Shown: positions 10,671-22,576, counted from the first letter of the stretch. The stretch: 64,000 nucleotides of DNA from an uncultured Acidobacteriota bacterium (GCA_963796275.1 CAWCKY010000007.1:224001-288000); one strand, 5' to 3'. Translations and numbers: made by a program. The notes: generated by a model not told the origin, from the letters alone.

Positions 10671-12263
10671 TTACTCGGCCGCGCGCAGCTTCAATACTTT
10701 CAACACCCATTCATCCGGGTCGAGCGCCAGACCCTGCGGTTTGGCGGCGAGCTTGAATGTGAAGCTCTGCGAACGTTCGCTCAAATTTATTATTTCGCGT
10801 TGCGCTGTATTGCCATATTTGAATTCCACTTCGAGCGGCAGTCTGAATACTGTCTGCGCCTGCATCTGCTCGACGTGTAATGTCACCCCTTTTTCATTCC
10901 AGCGCCAGACGGCGTCAAGTTGCGGATAGCCCGGCTCGTAAATCCATTGCTTGAAAAACCAGCCGAGAGGCTGGCCATAATGAAATTCCATCACACGCTG
11001 AAAATCCTCGGTCAGCGCGTTGCCGTTGCGGTAAGTTTTATAATAATCACGAATACCCGAGAAAAATTTTTCATCGCCCAAAATGCGCCTCAGCATATGC
11101 AGCACCCATCCGCCTTTCTGGTAGTTGTTCGCATTGAGCAACTTCATCAGATCGGTGATGGCCGGATCGTATACCGGGCGCGGGTCCTTTGCATATTGAT
11201 TCAGGTAATCCTCTTTGTCCTTCAACATCAACTGCACAAACTTATCCCGGCCATCGAACCGTTCGGCGAACAGATTAGCGAAGTAGGTCGCAAATCCTTC
11301 GCTCAGCCAGAGATGATGCCAGTCTGCTTCGGTCACCGAATCGCCGAACCATTGATGCGCGATCTCGTGCGCGTTCAGGAGCTCGTCGAAGGCGTTCTCT
11401 GCCAGAAAGATGTTGCTCGCATTCTCCATCCCGCCATAGCGCGTCGAGGATTGCACGAGCGCGAGTTTTTCATAGGGATACGGTCCGACCAGATTGGAGA
11501 AGAACTCGATGATCTCGCGCACTCGCCCGTAGCCTGACGCGCCTTTATCGCGGTCCTTCGGAAACAGGTAATAGAACACCGGCACATCAGGGCCGTCTCG
11601 CTGAACTTCGCCGACGTTGATAATGGCGAACTGCGCCGCGCCGATGACCATGCAATAGGTCGGGATCGGCGTCTCTTCGCGCCAATGCGTCAGCTCAGTG
11701 CCGTTCTGCAAGCTGCGTTTTTCGATCAGCCGCCCGTTGGCGATCACATCGTAATCGGCGGGTCCGATGACGATGAATTCGGCCGTCGCTTTATCATAGG
11801 GGTGGTCGATCGCGGGGAACCAGTGGTGCGCTCGGTTCGGCCAGTTATCGGCGAAGAAGGCGAAATCGCCGTATTTGTTTTTACGGATTATCAAACCGTC
11901 GCCAGGTCGCCCGTGGTATTTGATGGAAATGCGGCAGCGGTCGCCGCGCCGGTAACCGCCGCCGAGGGTTACCTTCAGCTTATCGTTCACGTGTGTGAAC
12001 CTGGCCGCGCGCTGCTCTTCCATCACCTGGTCGGTCGTCAGCCCGGCAAAATCGAGCGCGATCTCGCGCACTCCGTCCGCGTTGAACTGGAAGAGAATTT
12101 CGGTCTCGCCCCGCACCTCGTTGCTGTTGGCGGTGAGCGTTAGTTGCAAACGATAATGAATGGCATCGAGAGCGGCGGCGCGCGGATAGGTATCGCCGGC
12201 CGCGGTTGGCGCGGCAATCAAGCAGGAGAGCAAGATCGTCAGCAATCGGAAACGGTATCGCAT
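10671..12263 (-). CDS. M1 family zinc aminopeptidase
   Basis: GGMEN, HEIAHQWFG...WLSEGFATY, YQKGGWVLHMLR; signal peptide. Confidence 0.93.
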   Translation of the reverse strand: MRYRFRLLTILLSCLIAAPTAAGDTYPRAAALDAIHYRLQLTLTANSNEVRGETEILFQFNADGVREIALDFAGLTTDQVMEEQRAARFTHVNDKLKVTLGGGYRRGDRCRISIKYHGRPGDGLIIRKNKYGDFAFFADNWPNRAHHWFPAIDHPYDKATAEFIVIGPADYDVIANGRLIEKRSLQNGTELTHWREETPIPTYCMVIGAAQFAIINVGEVQRDGPDVPVFYYLFPKDRDKGASGYGRVREIIEFFSNLVGPYPYEKLALVQSSTRYGGMENASNIFLAENAFDELLNAHEIAHQWFGDSVTEADWHHLWLSEGFATYFANLFAERFDGRDKFVQLMLKDKEDYLNQYAKDPRPVYDPAITDLMKLLNANNYQKGGWVLHMLRRILGDEKFFSGIRDYYKTYRNGNALTEDFQRVMEFHYGQPLGWFFKQWIYEPGYPQLDAVWRWNEKGVTLHVEQMQAQTVFRLPLEVEFKYGNTAQREIINLSERSQSFTFKLAAKPQGLALDPDEWVLKVLKLRAAE

Positions 12264-12271
12264 AGGCTTTG

Positions 12272-12301
12272 TTCAGTTTTCAGTTAACAGTTTTCAGTTT
12301 T
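12272..12301. repeat. Degenerate TTTTCAG heptamer array (left arm)
   Basis: ttcagttttcagttaacagttttcagtttt; reverse complement of the array at 13024-13097. Confidence 0.7.
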
Positions 12302-12418
12302 CGATCGTGACTGCCTAATCCTACTGTGTAACAAAATTCTCGAATTTCTTGGGAAATTCGCATATGCGATTTGCATACTGCGTCGGGATGACGGAGCCTT
12401 TGGATTGCGGTAGCTTGG

Positions 12419-12639
12419 GATGCCGCTGGCGAATTCGTTTATTCTGGAGCGCCAGAGGCGCGATATGTTTATAGAATTTTTCATAATAGTGCTCCAGCTT
12501 CGGAGGAGCGGCATATGAAGGCATCATATTTCGCTCCTCCTCCAGAGCTGGAGATATTTACTTGCCATAATCTATAAGCATCTCGCTCCTCCGGAGCTAA
12601 GAGCCGATAATCTTATCTTCTGAATTCGCCCGCGGCATC
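12419..12639. mobile_element. MITE (TIR GATGCCGCTGGCGAATTC) carrying GCTCCGGAGGAGCG-type REP palindromes
   Basis: GCTTGG direct repeat at 12413-12418 and 12640-12645; inverted homolog at 61419-61636. Confidence 0.75.
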
Positions 12640-12782
12640 GCTTGGTACGCTTTGGTAGTCAATTCCTCGTCCCACGCAGTCGCTTAAACTCATCCAGTAG
12701 CCTGCACAACCACTGATTGAGGATTGCTCAGTTGTCCATGAGACAGCCAATAAAGCAATGGACTACCAAAGCGGTACCAAGC

Positions 12783-12912
12783 GATACTGCTGGCGAATCA
12801 GTACCGCGAGCGGTAGCGAGCGTGACTTCCGGCGTAAATCCTTTGCGAGAGCCACGCTCGCTACCGCTCGCGGTACTGATTTGCTGTCCAAAACGAATTC
12901 ACCAGCGGCATC
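12783..12912. mobile_element. MITE of the same TIR family carrying a different palindrome (GTACCGCGAGCGGTAGCGAGCG pair)
   Basis: TIRs GATACTGCTGGCGAAT and GAATTCACCAGCGGCATC; CCAAGC direct repeat at 12777-12782 and 12913-12918. Confidence 0.7.
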
Positions 12913-13023
12913 CCAAGCCAAGCCAAGCTACCGCACTCCAAAAAGGCTCCGCCACCTCTGAAAATCAGTTGAACATGTCTCGATTTCCGAAGAAATCGAG
13001 GAGTTTTGTGACACAGTAGCGCT

Positions 13024-13097
13024 AACTGAATACTGAATACTGAATACTGAATACTGAATACTGAATACTAAAAACTGAAAACTGAAAACTGAAAACT
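13024..13097. repeat. Tandem heptamer array (ACTGAAT)n(ACTGAAA)n
   Basis: About ten consecutive 7-bp units. Confidence 0.9.
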
Positions 13098-13106
13098 ATT
13101 TTTGCA

Positions 13107-14474
13107 TCAACGCGTGTATCTGCCGCTGGGCATCCTGACCGGACCGGGATTGAAAAATTTCTCTGGCGCCATCGCCCCATCCTTTTTAAACACCATGCCA
13201 TTCTTCATGACAAACTGCACATTGCGCAGGGCGTCGATATCCGTGAGCGGATCGCCCGTTACGCCTATCAAATCGGCGAAGAGGCCGGGTTTGATGGGGC
13301 CGCGCTCTTTGATGATGTCGGCGGCCCTGTAACCGTTGATTGTGATTGCTCGCAGGATGTCGGCTGGAGGAATTCTCGCCGCTTTCCAAGTGTCCAAAAA
13401 AGCGATGGTCAGATCGCCGCGGGTCATCCATTCGCCGGTCTTCTCGTCCTTCATCCGCTCGTTCCAATAATCGAGGTCGGTCGAGAAGGTCAGCGGAACC
13501 TTCTTCTCCCAGGCGTCGCGCAGCTTGGCCACCGTTTGTTTGAAGGCGCTCTCGCTGCCGCGATATTTGGTGAATGGGGTGTCGGTGCCCGCAAGAAAGA
13601 TGCCCTTCTCGGCCATCTGGCGGTGGTGCTCGGGCGTCAGCGCATTGCCGTGACCGATGATGTGTATGCCCGCGTCGATCGCCCGCTGCGCTCCTTCGGG
13701 AGTCTGCACGTGTCCTTCGACTTTGCAGCCGCCTTTGGCTGCCTCGCCGATGGCCAGCTTGATGTCTTCGACCGAATATCCCCACGGCTTGCAATCGATG
13801 CAGAGCTTGATGGTCCGTGCGCCAAACAACATGTTCTCCCGAACGGCGCGGACGATCTCGTCGCGGCTGTTGGCGTCAATATATTCCGGGTAGACGATGT
13901 TGTGCTGTTTGTACATTTCCGGCGTAGGCCAGAACTGTCCGCCCGTTCCTCCGATGATTATGCCCGATGGAATCACGGTCGGCCCCGGCAACCAGCCCTG
14001 CTCGATGGCTTGACGCAGCGCAGTATCGGAATAAAGCGCATTGTTGCCCACATCGCGTATCACGGTGAAACCAGAATTGAGCAGTTGAATGCCGTTTGAC
14101 GCGGCCTGGATCGCGCGCAACGGCGTCGAATCCATCACGTAGGTCAGGTAATAGTAATTGTTCTCCGGCTGCTCCTTGTAGGTTATCGCCATGTGCGTGT
14201 GCGCATCGACGAGACCGGGCAGAATCGTGAGCCCCGACAGATCGATGACCTTCGCCTCAGCGGGGATGGTCAGATTTGCGCCGACCGCCCTGATCCTTTC
14301 GCCTTCGACTAGAATGATTTGATTGGTGGACGCCGTCCCGGTCTCCGGATCTACGAGGCGGCCTGCCTTGATGGCGGTGACGGCAGCGGTTTGCGTGGGC
14401 GTCTGTGCGGCGGTTACTCCTGCCAATAGACCCACCATTAACAGACATAAAGCGACCGTTCGTTTCTTCATCAA
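13107..14474 (-). CDS. Metal-dependent amidohydrolase (Xaa-Pro dipeptidase-like), secreted
   Basis: IDLSGLTILPGLVDAHTH, GFTVIRDVG, GLFADLIGVTGDPL..FVMKNG. Confidence 0.9.
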   Translation of the reverse strand: MMKKRTVALCLLMVGLLAGVTAAQTPTQTAAVTAIKAGRLVDPETGTASTNQIILVEGERIRAVGANLTIPAEAKVIDLSGLTILPGLVDAHTHMAITYKEQPENNYYYLTYVMDSTPLRAIQAASNGIQLLNSGFTVIRDVGNNALYSDTALRQAIEQGWLPGPTVIPSGIIIGGTGGQFWPTPEMYKQHNIVYPEYIDANSRDEIVRAVRENMLFGARTIKLCIDCKPWGYSVEDIKLAIGEAAKGGCKVEGHVQTPEGAQRAIDAGIHIIGHGNALTPEHHRQMAEKGIFLAGTDTPFTKYRGSESAFKQTVAKLRDAWEKKVPLTFSTDLDYWNERMKDEKTGEWMTRGDLTIAFLDTWKAARIPPADILRAITINGYRAADIIKERGPIKPGLFADLIGVTGDPLTDIDALRNVQFVMKNGMVFKKDGAMAPEKFFNPGPVRMPSGRYTR

Positions 14475-14563
14475 TTCATCCTCTCTATAAAATGGGGAGC
14501 ACGCGGTGAGTCTTTTTTATCGCCTTTCCTCGTGTTCCCCAGTCTCCTCGCCGTCGAATGGGC

Positions 14564-15682
14564 TTAGACCTTCTCCCATTGGCGCGATTTCGCCGAACGC
14601 TCGATGGCGTCGAGCACGCGTTGGTTCTTCACGCCGTCGTCGAAGTTGGGCGCCGGCGTTTTGCGCTCGGCGACAGCCCTGAGCAGGTCATAAACCGTAT
14701 GAGTGAACGTGTGCTCGTAGCCGATGATGTGACCCGGCGGCCACCACGCGCCCAGGTACGGGTGCGCCGCATCGGTCGCCAGAACCGTTTTGAATCCGCT
14801 GTTAGCGCCTTCCTCTTTATAAACCTCCAATTCGTTCATCCGTTCGAGATCGAATACGATGCTTCCTTTGCTGCCGTTGATCTCGAAGCGGTTGTAGTTT
14901 TTGCGTCCCGTGGCGAAGCGCGTGCCTTCTATCGAACCGATTGCGCCGCTGCGGAACTTGACGAGCGAGAGCGCGGCGTCATCCACGTCGACTTTTCCCA
15001 TCAGTTTTTTGTTATCGGGCATCGGGCGTTCTTTGATAAATGTCTTGAGCAACCCCGAGACTTCAGTGATCTCACCCACCAGATACCGCGCCAGATCGAT
15101 CGAATGAGATGCGATGTCGCCGAGCGCGCCGGAGCCCGCCACCGATTTTTGCAAGCGCCAGACGCGGGGGAACTTCGGATCGACGATCCAATCCTGCAGG
15201 TATGTGCCGCGATAATGATATATCTCGCCGATCTCGCCCGCTTCGATCATCTGTTTGGCGAGCGCGACGGCGGGGGCGCGGCGGTAGTTGTGACAGACCA
15301 TGTGAACGACGCGATTCTTTTTGACCGCATCGAGCATCGACTCGGCCTCTTTCAGCGTATTGGCCAGCGGCTTTTCGCAGAAGACCGTCTTTTTGGCTTC
15401 CGCCGCGGCGATTGCCTGCGACTTGTGAGCATCGCCAGGTGAGCAGATGTCGATCAGGTCAATGTCATCGCGCTCTATAATCCGCTGCCAATCGGTCTCA
15501 TGCTCTTCCCAGCCGAGCGCATCGGCGGCCCTTTTGACCGCATTTTTATTGCGGCCGCAGATGACTTTCATCACCGGCTCGACGGGCGTGTCGAAGAAAC
15601 GCGTGACCTGCCGCCACGCGTTGCTATGGGCGCGGCCCATAAATTGATAACCGATCATCGCAACGTTGATCTTCTTTTTCAT
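14564..15682 (-). CDS. Gfo/Idh/MocA family oxidoreductase
   Basis: [41 protein letters not shown]. Confidence 0.93.
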   Translation of the reverse strand: MKKKINVAMIGYQFMGRAHSNAWRQVTRFFDTPVEPVMKVICGRNKNAVKRAADALGWEEHETDWQRIIERDDIDLIDICSPGDAHKSQAIAAAEAKKTVFCEKPLANTLKEAESMLDAVKKNRVVHMVCHNYRRAPAVALAKQMIEAGEIGEIYHYRGTYLQDWIVDPKFPRVWRLQKSVAGSGALGDIASHSIDLARYLVGEITEVSGLLKTFIKERPMPDNKKLMGKVDVDDAALSLVKFRSGAIGSIEGTRFATGRKNYNRFEINGSKGSIVFDLERMNELEVYKEEGANSGFKTVLATDAAHPYLGAWWPPGHIIGYEHTFTHTVYDLLRAVAERKTPAPNFDDGVKNQRVLDAIERSAKSRQWEKV

Positions 15683-15736
15683 AGCTAATTTCAGATTGTC
15701 CGAAGCAGAGCGCAGTTCGGTTTTGGCAATGTTCAT

Positions 15737-18406
15737 TTACCACCCGATCTGCAATGTGAATCGGAAAGTTCTCCCTTCGTTCAGTGTATTGGTAATTGCC
15801 CCGAAGTTCGGGTTCGCCAACTCGAACCCCGGCTCTGCGAATTGGGGCGTATTGAAGAGGTTGATGGATTCGGCGCGGAAGGTGAGCCGCAAATCTTTTT
15901 TGATCCCCCACGAACGCTGGAGCGACGCGTTGACATTGCGGATCGGGCCTTTGCGAAAGATATTGCGGCCCAGGGTCCCGCGCGCATCGGCCGGATTGAT
16001 GAATTGAAATGCCGAACGCGGCAGTAATTGTTTCGAGGTGTCGGGATTGGCGATTGTACGACCGAGAATCGAGGGGTCGAGCAGGTTCGGGCGATCACCC
16101 CCGTTGCCGTCGACGTTGCCGAAGCCGGGGCCGTCTGAGCCGCTGGCGATGCTGAATGGAATGCCGCTCTTTACCAGAACCACCGTTGAAACATTCCATC
16201 CATCAATGAGAGTCGACATCGAGCGCGGCAATTTCGAGGTGCGGATCAGGTAACTCGCGCGCCACAAAAACGCATGCGTCTGGTCGAAATCGCTCGGCCC
16301 TTTCATATCGCGTTGCGTTTCATACTCGTCCTGGCTGCGCCCTTTGCGCGAATCGATTTCGTTGGCTGTGTTGGTATAACTGCTGCCCAGGTCGATCGCC
16401 TTGCTGAACCAATACGAGGCGTCAACACTCAAGCCCTTCCAACCCGGCAGAACGAGCGAAATTCGCGCCGCGTCGAAATAGCCGCGTGAGGCGTTCATCA
16501 CGAGGCGATAATCGGCGATGTTCGGGTCGGGTCGGCGTTGATTGATCGTCGCCGTCGTCTGGGGAATGCCCTGTGCCGGGTGCGCGCGGTTCAGGTACCA
16601 CATAGAAAACAATTTGTGCGAACGGCTGCCGACGTAGCCGAATTGTAAACGAGCGCTCTTGTTCCATTCCGGCTCCCAACTCAGGTTGTACTGATGCGAA
16701 TAAGGCGTGGCCAGCTCCGGGTCGAGCGCATAGATGGTCGGGCGGGCCAATGAAACCGCGGATCCCGCTCCGTCTCCGGTACCGAGAGGATCGAGCAGAT
16801 CCGGCGCAGTGACGACGATCTTATTGTTGAGCGGAGGGCTGAAGCGAATCTGTTGATACGTGACGAAAAAAATCTCGCCGAAATGCGCACCGTAGGCTCC
16901 GCGCAGGACGCCGAGGTTTTTCGCCAACCGGAACGCGAATCCGAAGGACGGCGCGAGATTGTTCCAGTCGCCGTCGTAAGGAATCACATTACGATTGTTG
17001 ACTTCGGTCGGTTTGGTCGCCGGCTGCCAGCGCAGGCTGAATAGCAGATTTAGCCGCGGTGTAACCTGGAACCTGTCGCCCGCATATAACTGGGGTTCCC
17101 ACAACCGGAAGCCGCGATGAACATCGCCGATGGAAACGATGTATTGCGACGGCCGGCCCCGCCGCAGATTGGTAACGGCGTCTACGCCGAAATCGTTGGC
17201 AAATGAGAAAAATCCGCGATGCACGTCCGTCTCTCTCCCGTTAATCTGACGCCGCGTGAGGCCGAATCCGGCCGACCATTCGTGCGATCCCTGCGTGCGG
17301 CGAATGTTCGCGGCCGTTCGAATCTGATTCTGTGCGCGGTCGAGCGGGATGGTCCCATCCGGCCCCAGACTGGTCAGCCCCGAAGGAGAGACGAATGGAC
17401 CGACGGCGTTCTCATCGGGCAGCAGTAAAGAGGTCAATCGGTCATAGCCGATGGAGAAGGTTGTGATCGTCCTGGCGTCCCAACTTCGCGTCCAGACGAT
17501 TCGCGCCAGGTGCGATTTCGTATCGGTGTCGGGGTTCTGTCCGGCTACAAGCTGGAACGCGTTGACGCTCTGCGAAGTGAACTGGTATTGCAGCGCGATG
17601 GCGTCCTTGCCTCCGATGTTCTGATCGAGACGAAGATTCGCCTGATTGTTGTTGATCGATTGGGGAGCATTGGTGTTCAATGCGCGCGGGTCGATATCGG
17701 TGCGGTTCGGCAGATCCTTCGGGTACGCGTTAAGAAATCTGGCGACCAGGGCGCGTGTCGCCGGATCGGTCGCAAGCGGCGTGAGTTCGTCCGGCCTCGG
17801 GACGAGTACATTGCCATTGACGCTGCCGCGAATTTTTAGTTGAGAAGCATCGATGAAGAGTTTGGCGCTGCGCCAGGGGCTGATACCGAAATTAAACCCG
17901 TAATCGTTTTCGCGCGCCGGTTTCACGCCGCCGGCTTGAAAGAACGATCGTGCGCTGGTGACGCTATTGAGATGCGATAAGTACAGCCGGCCGTGAAATC
18001 CTGATTTGATCGGCCCCGGAATAACAATTGATGATTTCGGGGCGTTGCCGAATTCGGCTCCGAAATAGCTGTTGGCCGGATCGAACTCGCGAACGATGGT
18101 GGCTGTCGTGCCGAGCCTGACGTTCAAGTCTTTGAGTGCGTTGTTATTGACCAGGTTGAACTGGATATTTTCATTGCGGCGGCTTTCACCCTCAGCGGCG
18201 TCTGTCTTGCCGAGCAGGTTCAACTCGATGCGCTTGTTCGATTCGGGTTGTTTGTTTTCGATCTCGGCCGCTTTTTCGCCGTTGGGTTTTTTCTGTAGTG
18301 GTCGCGCGGGTTTCTGTCGCGCGCCGGCCGAGAGGGCGAGCAGCCCAATCGCGGTGGAAACAAACGCCGTGCGCACGAGCCCCCTATAAAATGAAGTTGA
18401 AGACAT
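15737..18406 (-). CDS. TonB-dependent receptor-like beta-barrel protein with shortened N-terminus
   Basis: [32 protein letters not shown]-terminal aromatic residue. Confidence 0.8.
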   Translation of the reverse strand: MSSTSFYRGLVRTAFVSTAIGLLALSAGARQKPARPLQKKPNGEKAAEIENKQPESNKRIELNLLGKTDAAEGESRRNENIQFNLVNNNALKDLNVRLGTTATIVREFDPANSYFGAEFGNAPKSSIVIPGPIKSGFHGRLYLSHLNSVTSARSFFQAGGVKPARENDYGFNFGISPWRSAKLFIDASQLKIRGSVNGNVLVPRPDELTPLATDPATRALVARFLNAYPKDLPNRTDIDPRALNTNAPQSINNNQANLRLDQNIGGKDAIALQYQFTSQSVNAFQLVAGQNPDTDTKSHLARIVWTRSWDARTITTFSIGYDRLTSLLLPDENAVGPFVSPSGLTSLGPDGTIPLDRAQNQIRTAANIRRTQGSHEWSAGFGLTRRQINGRETDVHRGFFSFANDFGVDAVTNLRRGRPSQYIVSIGDVHRGFRLWEPQLYAGDRFQVTPRLNLLFSLRWQPATKPTEVNNRNVIPYDGDWNNLAPSFGFAFRLAKNLGVLRGAYGAHFGEIFFVTYQQIRFSPPLNNKIVVTAPDLLDPLGTGDGAGSAVSLARPTIYALDPELATPYSHQYNLSWEPEWNKSARLQFGYVGSRSHKLFSMWYLNRAHPAQGIPQTTATINQRRPDPNIADYRLVMNASRGYFDAARISLVLPGWKGLSVDASYWFSKAIDLGSSYTNTANEIDSRKGRSQDEYETQRDMKGPSDFDQTHAFLWRASYLIRTSKLPRSMSTLIDGWNVSTVVLVKSGIPFSIASGSDGPGFGNVDGNGGDRPNLLDPSILGRTIANPDTSKQLLPRSAFQFINPADARGTLGRNIFRKGPIRNVNASLQRSWGIKKDLRLTFRAESINLFNTPQFAEPGFELANPNFGAITNTLNEGRTFRFTLQIGW

Positions 18407-18871
18407 TGAGTGACTATATCTTTCAAGAAAAATAAAACCGCGAAGAGACGAAGAAGATCGGGGCTCGAGGATCGCCAGGGCGCGCTTATCATTCCATTAA
18501 CTTCGATCTTTGAATCCGCTTCGTCCTTTGGTTGTCCATAATCGTGATATGCAAAAAAAAGATATGCGTTGCATACTCTCCCCGAAAATCCCAATGCTGT
18601 CAATCTTTCATTGATTTGCACTCTTCAGATAATAAAACCACGAGGAATCGAACAGGTGACTTCGCGCTCCACTCCTTGCTATTTTCTTTGCGCTACGTTG
18701 GGGGGGAGCTGCCTACCAAACTACTTACAAAATCCGCGGTAGTCAGGAGATTTGAATTAGACTCGACATTCGATCAGCAAATCTCAAATCGAACATCTCA
18801 AATCCCGGAAGCGCCTCTGCGGTGAATAAGCATTACGCCATTCGTACTCCGGACTACTTCTCTCCTATATT

Positions 18872-21800
18872 TCAAAACTCCAATTTCAATCCGAACTGAA
18901 TCTCGCGCGGACGGCCTGCCGTCGTGATCGTTCCGAACTGCGGCATATTCACATTGAAGCTCCGGTTCGGCTGCCCGAAGTTGACATTATTGAGGGCGTT
19001 GAAGAATTCGGCGCGGAGCTGCAAATTGACCCTCTCGCTCAATCTGTTGTTCTTCGACAGGCTGATGTCCCACGACTTGTAACCTGGACCGGAGAGGATA
19101 TTACGCCCCGCGCTGCCGTATCGCAGATTGTCGGCCGGCACGAGTGCGAAGGTAGCAGTCCCGCCGCCGCAGGCCGGATTGCGTGGGTCGACGATGTAGC
19201 AGTTCGGATTCCCCGGATTGATCTGCGGCTGACCAATCAAGTCCGGGCGGTCGCCGGCCAACCCATCGCCGTTTTGATCGCCCGACATCAACACGCTGAC
19301 CGGAAAGCCGCTCTGGAATTGCGTGATGCCGCTCACATCCCAGCCGCCGACAATCCAGTTGGCCGCGGAGGGCAGACCGTTGAGAAACGCCTTGTTCTTG
19401 CCGAACGGCAACTCATAGACGTAGCTGACGACGAAGCGATGCCGGATGTCGAAGCCCGAACGGCCGCGGAAGTAGCCGATCAGATCGCGCGGATTGCCGC
19501 CTTCGAAGCCTCCGCCGCGATCACCGTTGCCGCGTTCGCTCGATATGTCGATTGCCTTCGACCAGGTGTAAGAAGCCAGGAACTGAAGGCCTGACGAAAA
19601 CCTCTTCTGGGCTTTCGTCAGCAGCGCGTGGTAGTTCGACGTGACGAAGGAGTTCAAGCTCAAGGCCGTGCCCCAGCGAGGGAAGGGGCGCCGCGCTGCC
19701 ACCGTCGTCGCCGGTCCGGGTGTCGGGATGTTGAAGAAGATCAATTCAGTCAGCTTTGTGCCTTTGTTGCCGACGTAACTTACGTCAACCCCGATCCCGC
19801 CTGGCAGTTGGCGCTGCACGGACAGGTTCCACTGCTGCACATAACCTTCGCGGAATTTCGAGTCGATGTTCTGCGTGCCGATGACCGATGGAGCCGTGGC
19901 ATTACTGAACGGATCTGCGAGATCGATCGGCGCAGCCGACGAGATGATCTGCTGCGTCTCGGCGAACGGCGGCTGGCGGCGGTTGATCACGAAGTTGTTG
20001 ATGAAGTTTTGCGAGTTGGTGAAGAATATGCCGTACCCGCCGCGAACGACCGTCTTATCGTTCGCGCTGTAGGCGAATCCAACGCGCGGCGCGAAGTTAT
20101 TACGGTCCGCTTCGTACAGCGCGCGTGCCGCTACGCCGTCCAATCCGAGAATGCTTTCGGCCTCATCGCTGTTGGCGACGATGATCTGCCCCTGCTGCCC
20201 CTGCTGCCCCTGCCCCGTGCCATATGCGTTGGTCAGCGGGTAGAAGGTCGAGCGCCGATCGAGATTGTCGACGAGCGGGCTGACGTACTCGTAGCGCAGC
20301 CCCAGAGTGAGAGATAACTTGGGCGAGATTTTCCAATCGTCGTTGAAGTAGTAGGAATGCCACCACGAGCGTCCCGTCTCGACTCCATTGCCGACCACCC
20401 GTTGCCCCGAGAACGGCAATCCCAGCAGGAAATCGGCGAATGGGTGGCCGGTGAAATCGCCGCGAAAGACGAACTGGCCGCGGCGAAAACCGGTGATCGG
20501 CCCCGGTGTATTCTGCTGGAATCGCGTCAGACTGAAGCCCTGCTTGAGCGAATGATCGCCCTTCGTCCAGGTGATTGCACCGGCGTAGTTGAATTCATTC
20601 GACACGTCTTTCTGCGGTACGAAATCGCCGTCGCCGTAGGGCGTCAGCGTTATGCCCTGGAACGCGAAGGTCGGCGCGCCCTCGAATCGCGATCCGGGGA
20701 TGGGATTGTTTATCCCGAATTGTCGGTAAAAGCCTTCATCGCCGGTGTTAACGCTCTCGGCTACGAAGAGCGAACGCGTGAACGAGAAGCGAAACTCGCC
20801 CAGCAGATTCGGCTTGAAGATGTGCGTGTGATTGATCGCCGCGACCTCATTGATCGGAGGATTGATGTTCTCGAAGCCCGGCAGCAGCGGCGTCACTGTG
20901 AATGCGCCGGTCGCCGCGACGAACTCGGTCCGCGCCGACCGCGTGTAGCGGACGTTGATACGGTCTTTCTCCGAAAATTGATGATCCACTTTCGCCGTGT
21001 ACTGATCATCGTCGACCTCGTTCGGATGCGTCACCAGCAGGTTGTTGACCGCGAGCCCCGGCGTGCCGGCGTTCGGTTTGGCCCATAAACCCAGTGCTGC
21101 CCTGGCCGTCTGATGAATACGCTCGACGGGGATCCGATTGCCTGAGAATTGAAGGTCGGGGTTTTGCGGATCTCGCAATATCAATCCGTCTATGCCTGAA
21201 AAGTCGCCCTCCCGCCACGATTCGGGCGGCACGCTGGCGAATGCCTCGACTCCGCGCCGCTCGCGCAAACCTTCATAGTTGAAGAGGAAGAATGTGCGGT
21301 TCTTGATGATGGGACCGCCGATAGTGCCGCCGAACTGATTACGGTTGAGCTGGCCGCGTTTGGGCAGAAAGAAATTGCGCGCGTCGAGCTCGTCGTTGCG
21401 AAGGAATTCGAAGACCGAGCCGTGGAACTGGTTAGTCCCGGATTTGGTGACGAGCGTGATCTGTCCGAACGCGGCCTGGCCGAATTCGGCGGAGTACGAA
21501 TTGGTCTGAACTTTGAATTCCTGGATCACGTCGATCGAGGGGCGCAGCGCGACGTTGCCGAATTGGCGCGCGTTGTTGGCAGCGCCGTCAATCGTGAAGT
21601 TGTTGTGTGCGTCGCGCCCACCGATCGCCACGCCGGAGCCGAGGCTGCCGCTGGCCGCGCCGGTCGTTAAATCGAAGCCGCCCGGCCGCGTCACCGCGCC
21701 GGGCGTCAACAAGATCAACTGGGAGAAGTCGCGGCCGTTGAGGGGAATCTGAGTCGTATAGCGATTGTCGATCACCTGTCCGACCGACGCGCTTTCTGTC

Positions 21801-22174
21801 TGCAGCAGCGGCGTCTGGCTATCGATGGTCACCGTCTCGGTGACCTCACCGATTTCGAGTGTGACGTCTATGCGCGGCTCTTCATTCACTTGCAGCGTGA
21901 TCCCGGTTACGCTCTTGCGTTTGAACCCTTTCACCTCGACCGCCATCGTGTACGTGCCCACCGGGAGCGAGTGCACTACATAAGAACCGCGGTTACCGGT
22001 CGTAACTTGCCGCTTCAGGCCGGTCTCTTTCTGCGTGACTGTGACATTGGCGTTGGCGATGGCATTTCCGCTCGAGTCCACCACCATACCGATAATTGTG
22101 GCAGTGGCTTGCGCCCATACATTTATCGCCGTCAATACTACGATACAGATGAGCAAAGTAATCTTGTGGTTCAA
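18872..22174 (-). CDS. TonB-dependent receptor with carboxypeptidase-regulatory-like N-domain (Oar-like)
   Basis: IPLNGRDF, TKSGTNQFHGS..FLRN, NNFAPRVGFAY, QFGLKLEF; TTG start after AGGAGG. Confidence 0.93.
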   Translation of the reverse strand: MNHKITLLICIVVLTAINVWAQATATIIGMVVDSSGNAIANANVTVTQKETGLKRQVTTGNRGSYVVHSLPVGTYTMAVEVKGFKRKSVTGITLQVNEEPRIDVTLEIGEVTETVTIDSQTPLLQTESASVGQVIDNRYTTQIPLNGRDFSQLILLTPGAVTRPGGFDLTTGAASGSLGSGVAIGGRDAHNNFTIDGAANNARQFGNVALRPSIDVIQEFKVQTNSYSAEFGQAAFGQITLVTKSGTNQFHGSVFEFLRNDELDARNFFLPKRGQLNRNQFGGTIGGPIIKNRTFFLFNYEGLRERRGVEAFASVPPESWREGDFSGIDGLILRDPQNPDLQFSGNRIPVERIHQTARAALGLWAKPNAGTPGLAVNNLLVTHPNEVDDDQYTAKVDHQFSEKDRINVRYTRSARTEFVAATGAFTVTPLLPGFENINPPINEVAAINHTHIFKPNLLGEFRFSFTRSLFVAESVNTGDEGFYRQFGINNPIPGSRFEGAPTFAFQGITLTPYGDGDFVPQKDVSNEFNYAGAITWTKGDHSLKQGFSLTRFQQNTPGPITGFRRGQFVFRGDFTGHPFADFLLGLPFSGQRVVGNGVETGRSWWHSYYFNDDWKISPKLSLTLGLRYEYVSPLVDNLDRRSTFYPLTNAYGTGQGQQGQQGQIIVANSDEAESILGLDGVAARALYEADRNNFAPRVGFAYSANDKTVVRGGYGIFFTNSQNFINNFVINRRQPPFAETQQIISSAAPIDLADPFSNATAPSVIGTQNIDSKFREGYVQQWNLSVQRQLPGGIGVDVSYVGNKGTKLTELIFFNIPTPGPATTVAARRPFPRWGTALSLNSFVTSNYHALLTKAQKRFSSGLQFLASYTWSKAIDISSERGNGDRGGGFEGGNPRDLIGYFRGRSGFDIRHRFVVSYVYELPFGKNKAFLNGLPSAANWIVGGWDVSGITQFQSGFPVSVLMSGDQNGDGLAGDRPDLIGQPQINPGNPNCYIVDPRNPACGGGTATFALVPADNLRYGSAGRNILSGPGYKSWDISLSKNNRLSERVNLQLRAEFFNALNNVNFGQPNRSFNVNMPQFGTITTAGRPREIQFGLKLEF

Positions 22175-22576
22175 GGTGACCTCCTGTAGGGCGGGCTTCT
22201 AACTTGCCTTGTCTCCTGGATAGAGGGCAGGGAAGAATACCTGCCCTAAACTCATTGCCGACCGAGGAAGGACTGTACCATACTAAATCTATTGTTCAGA
22301 GGAATCGCCCGTGTTACAGTCCATCCCCCCAATGAATTTAAGTAACATCAACACACCTATAAGCTAGAGCTGTATTTCATAAATTACTAATCGATAGAGT
22401 TAACGGCGAGATCGGCGAGTCTATTCCGCCGCAGAAAGCCGGGAATTCGCGGAATCCGAGCGCAGAAGTCGAACCTATGACGGGTCTGCGTTCGCTATTG
22501 CATTGTAATGTCACGCATCTTTACGTCGACATTAAATTAAATTATCGAGAACATACCTAAAAGGAGAAAGGACATC

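Larger units (their letters stand above)
12319..13021. mobile_element. Non-autonomous element with imperfect terminal inverted repeats (CTACTGTGT...ACACAGTAG), containing nested REP/MITE elements
   Basis: 12321-12360 is an imperfect reverse complement of 12981-13019; possible CTAA target duplication at 12315-12318 and 13022-13025. Confidence 0.6.

Noticed and set aside
12321-13019. Short ORFs both ending FPKK...FVTQ as paralogous peptides
   Set aside because: Explained by translation through the terminal inverted repeats
22175-22576. Cobalamin or other riboswitch between divergent TonB receptors
   Set aside because: Only an isolated hairpin (AGGGCAGG/CCTGCCCT); no B12-box or other aptamer consensus recognised
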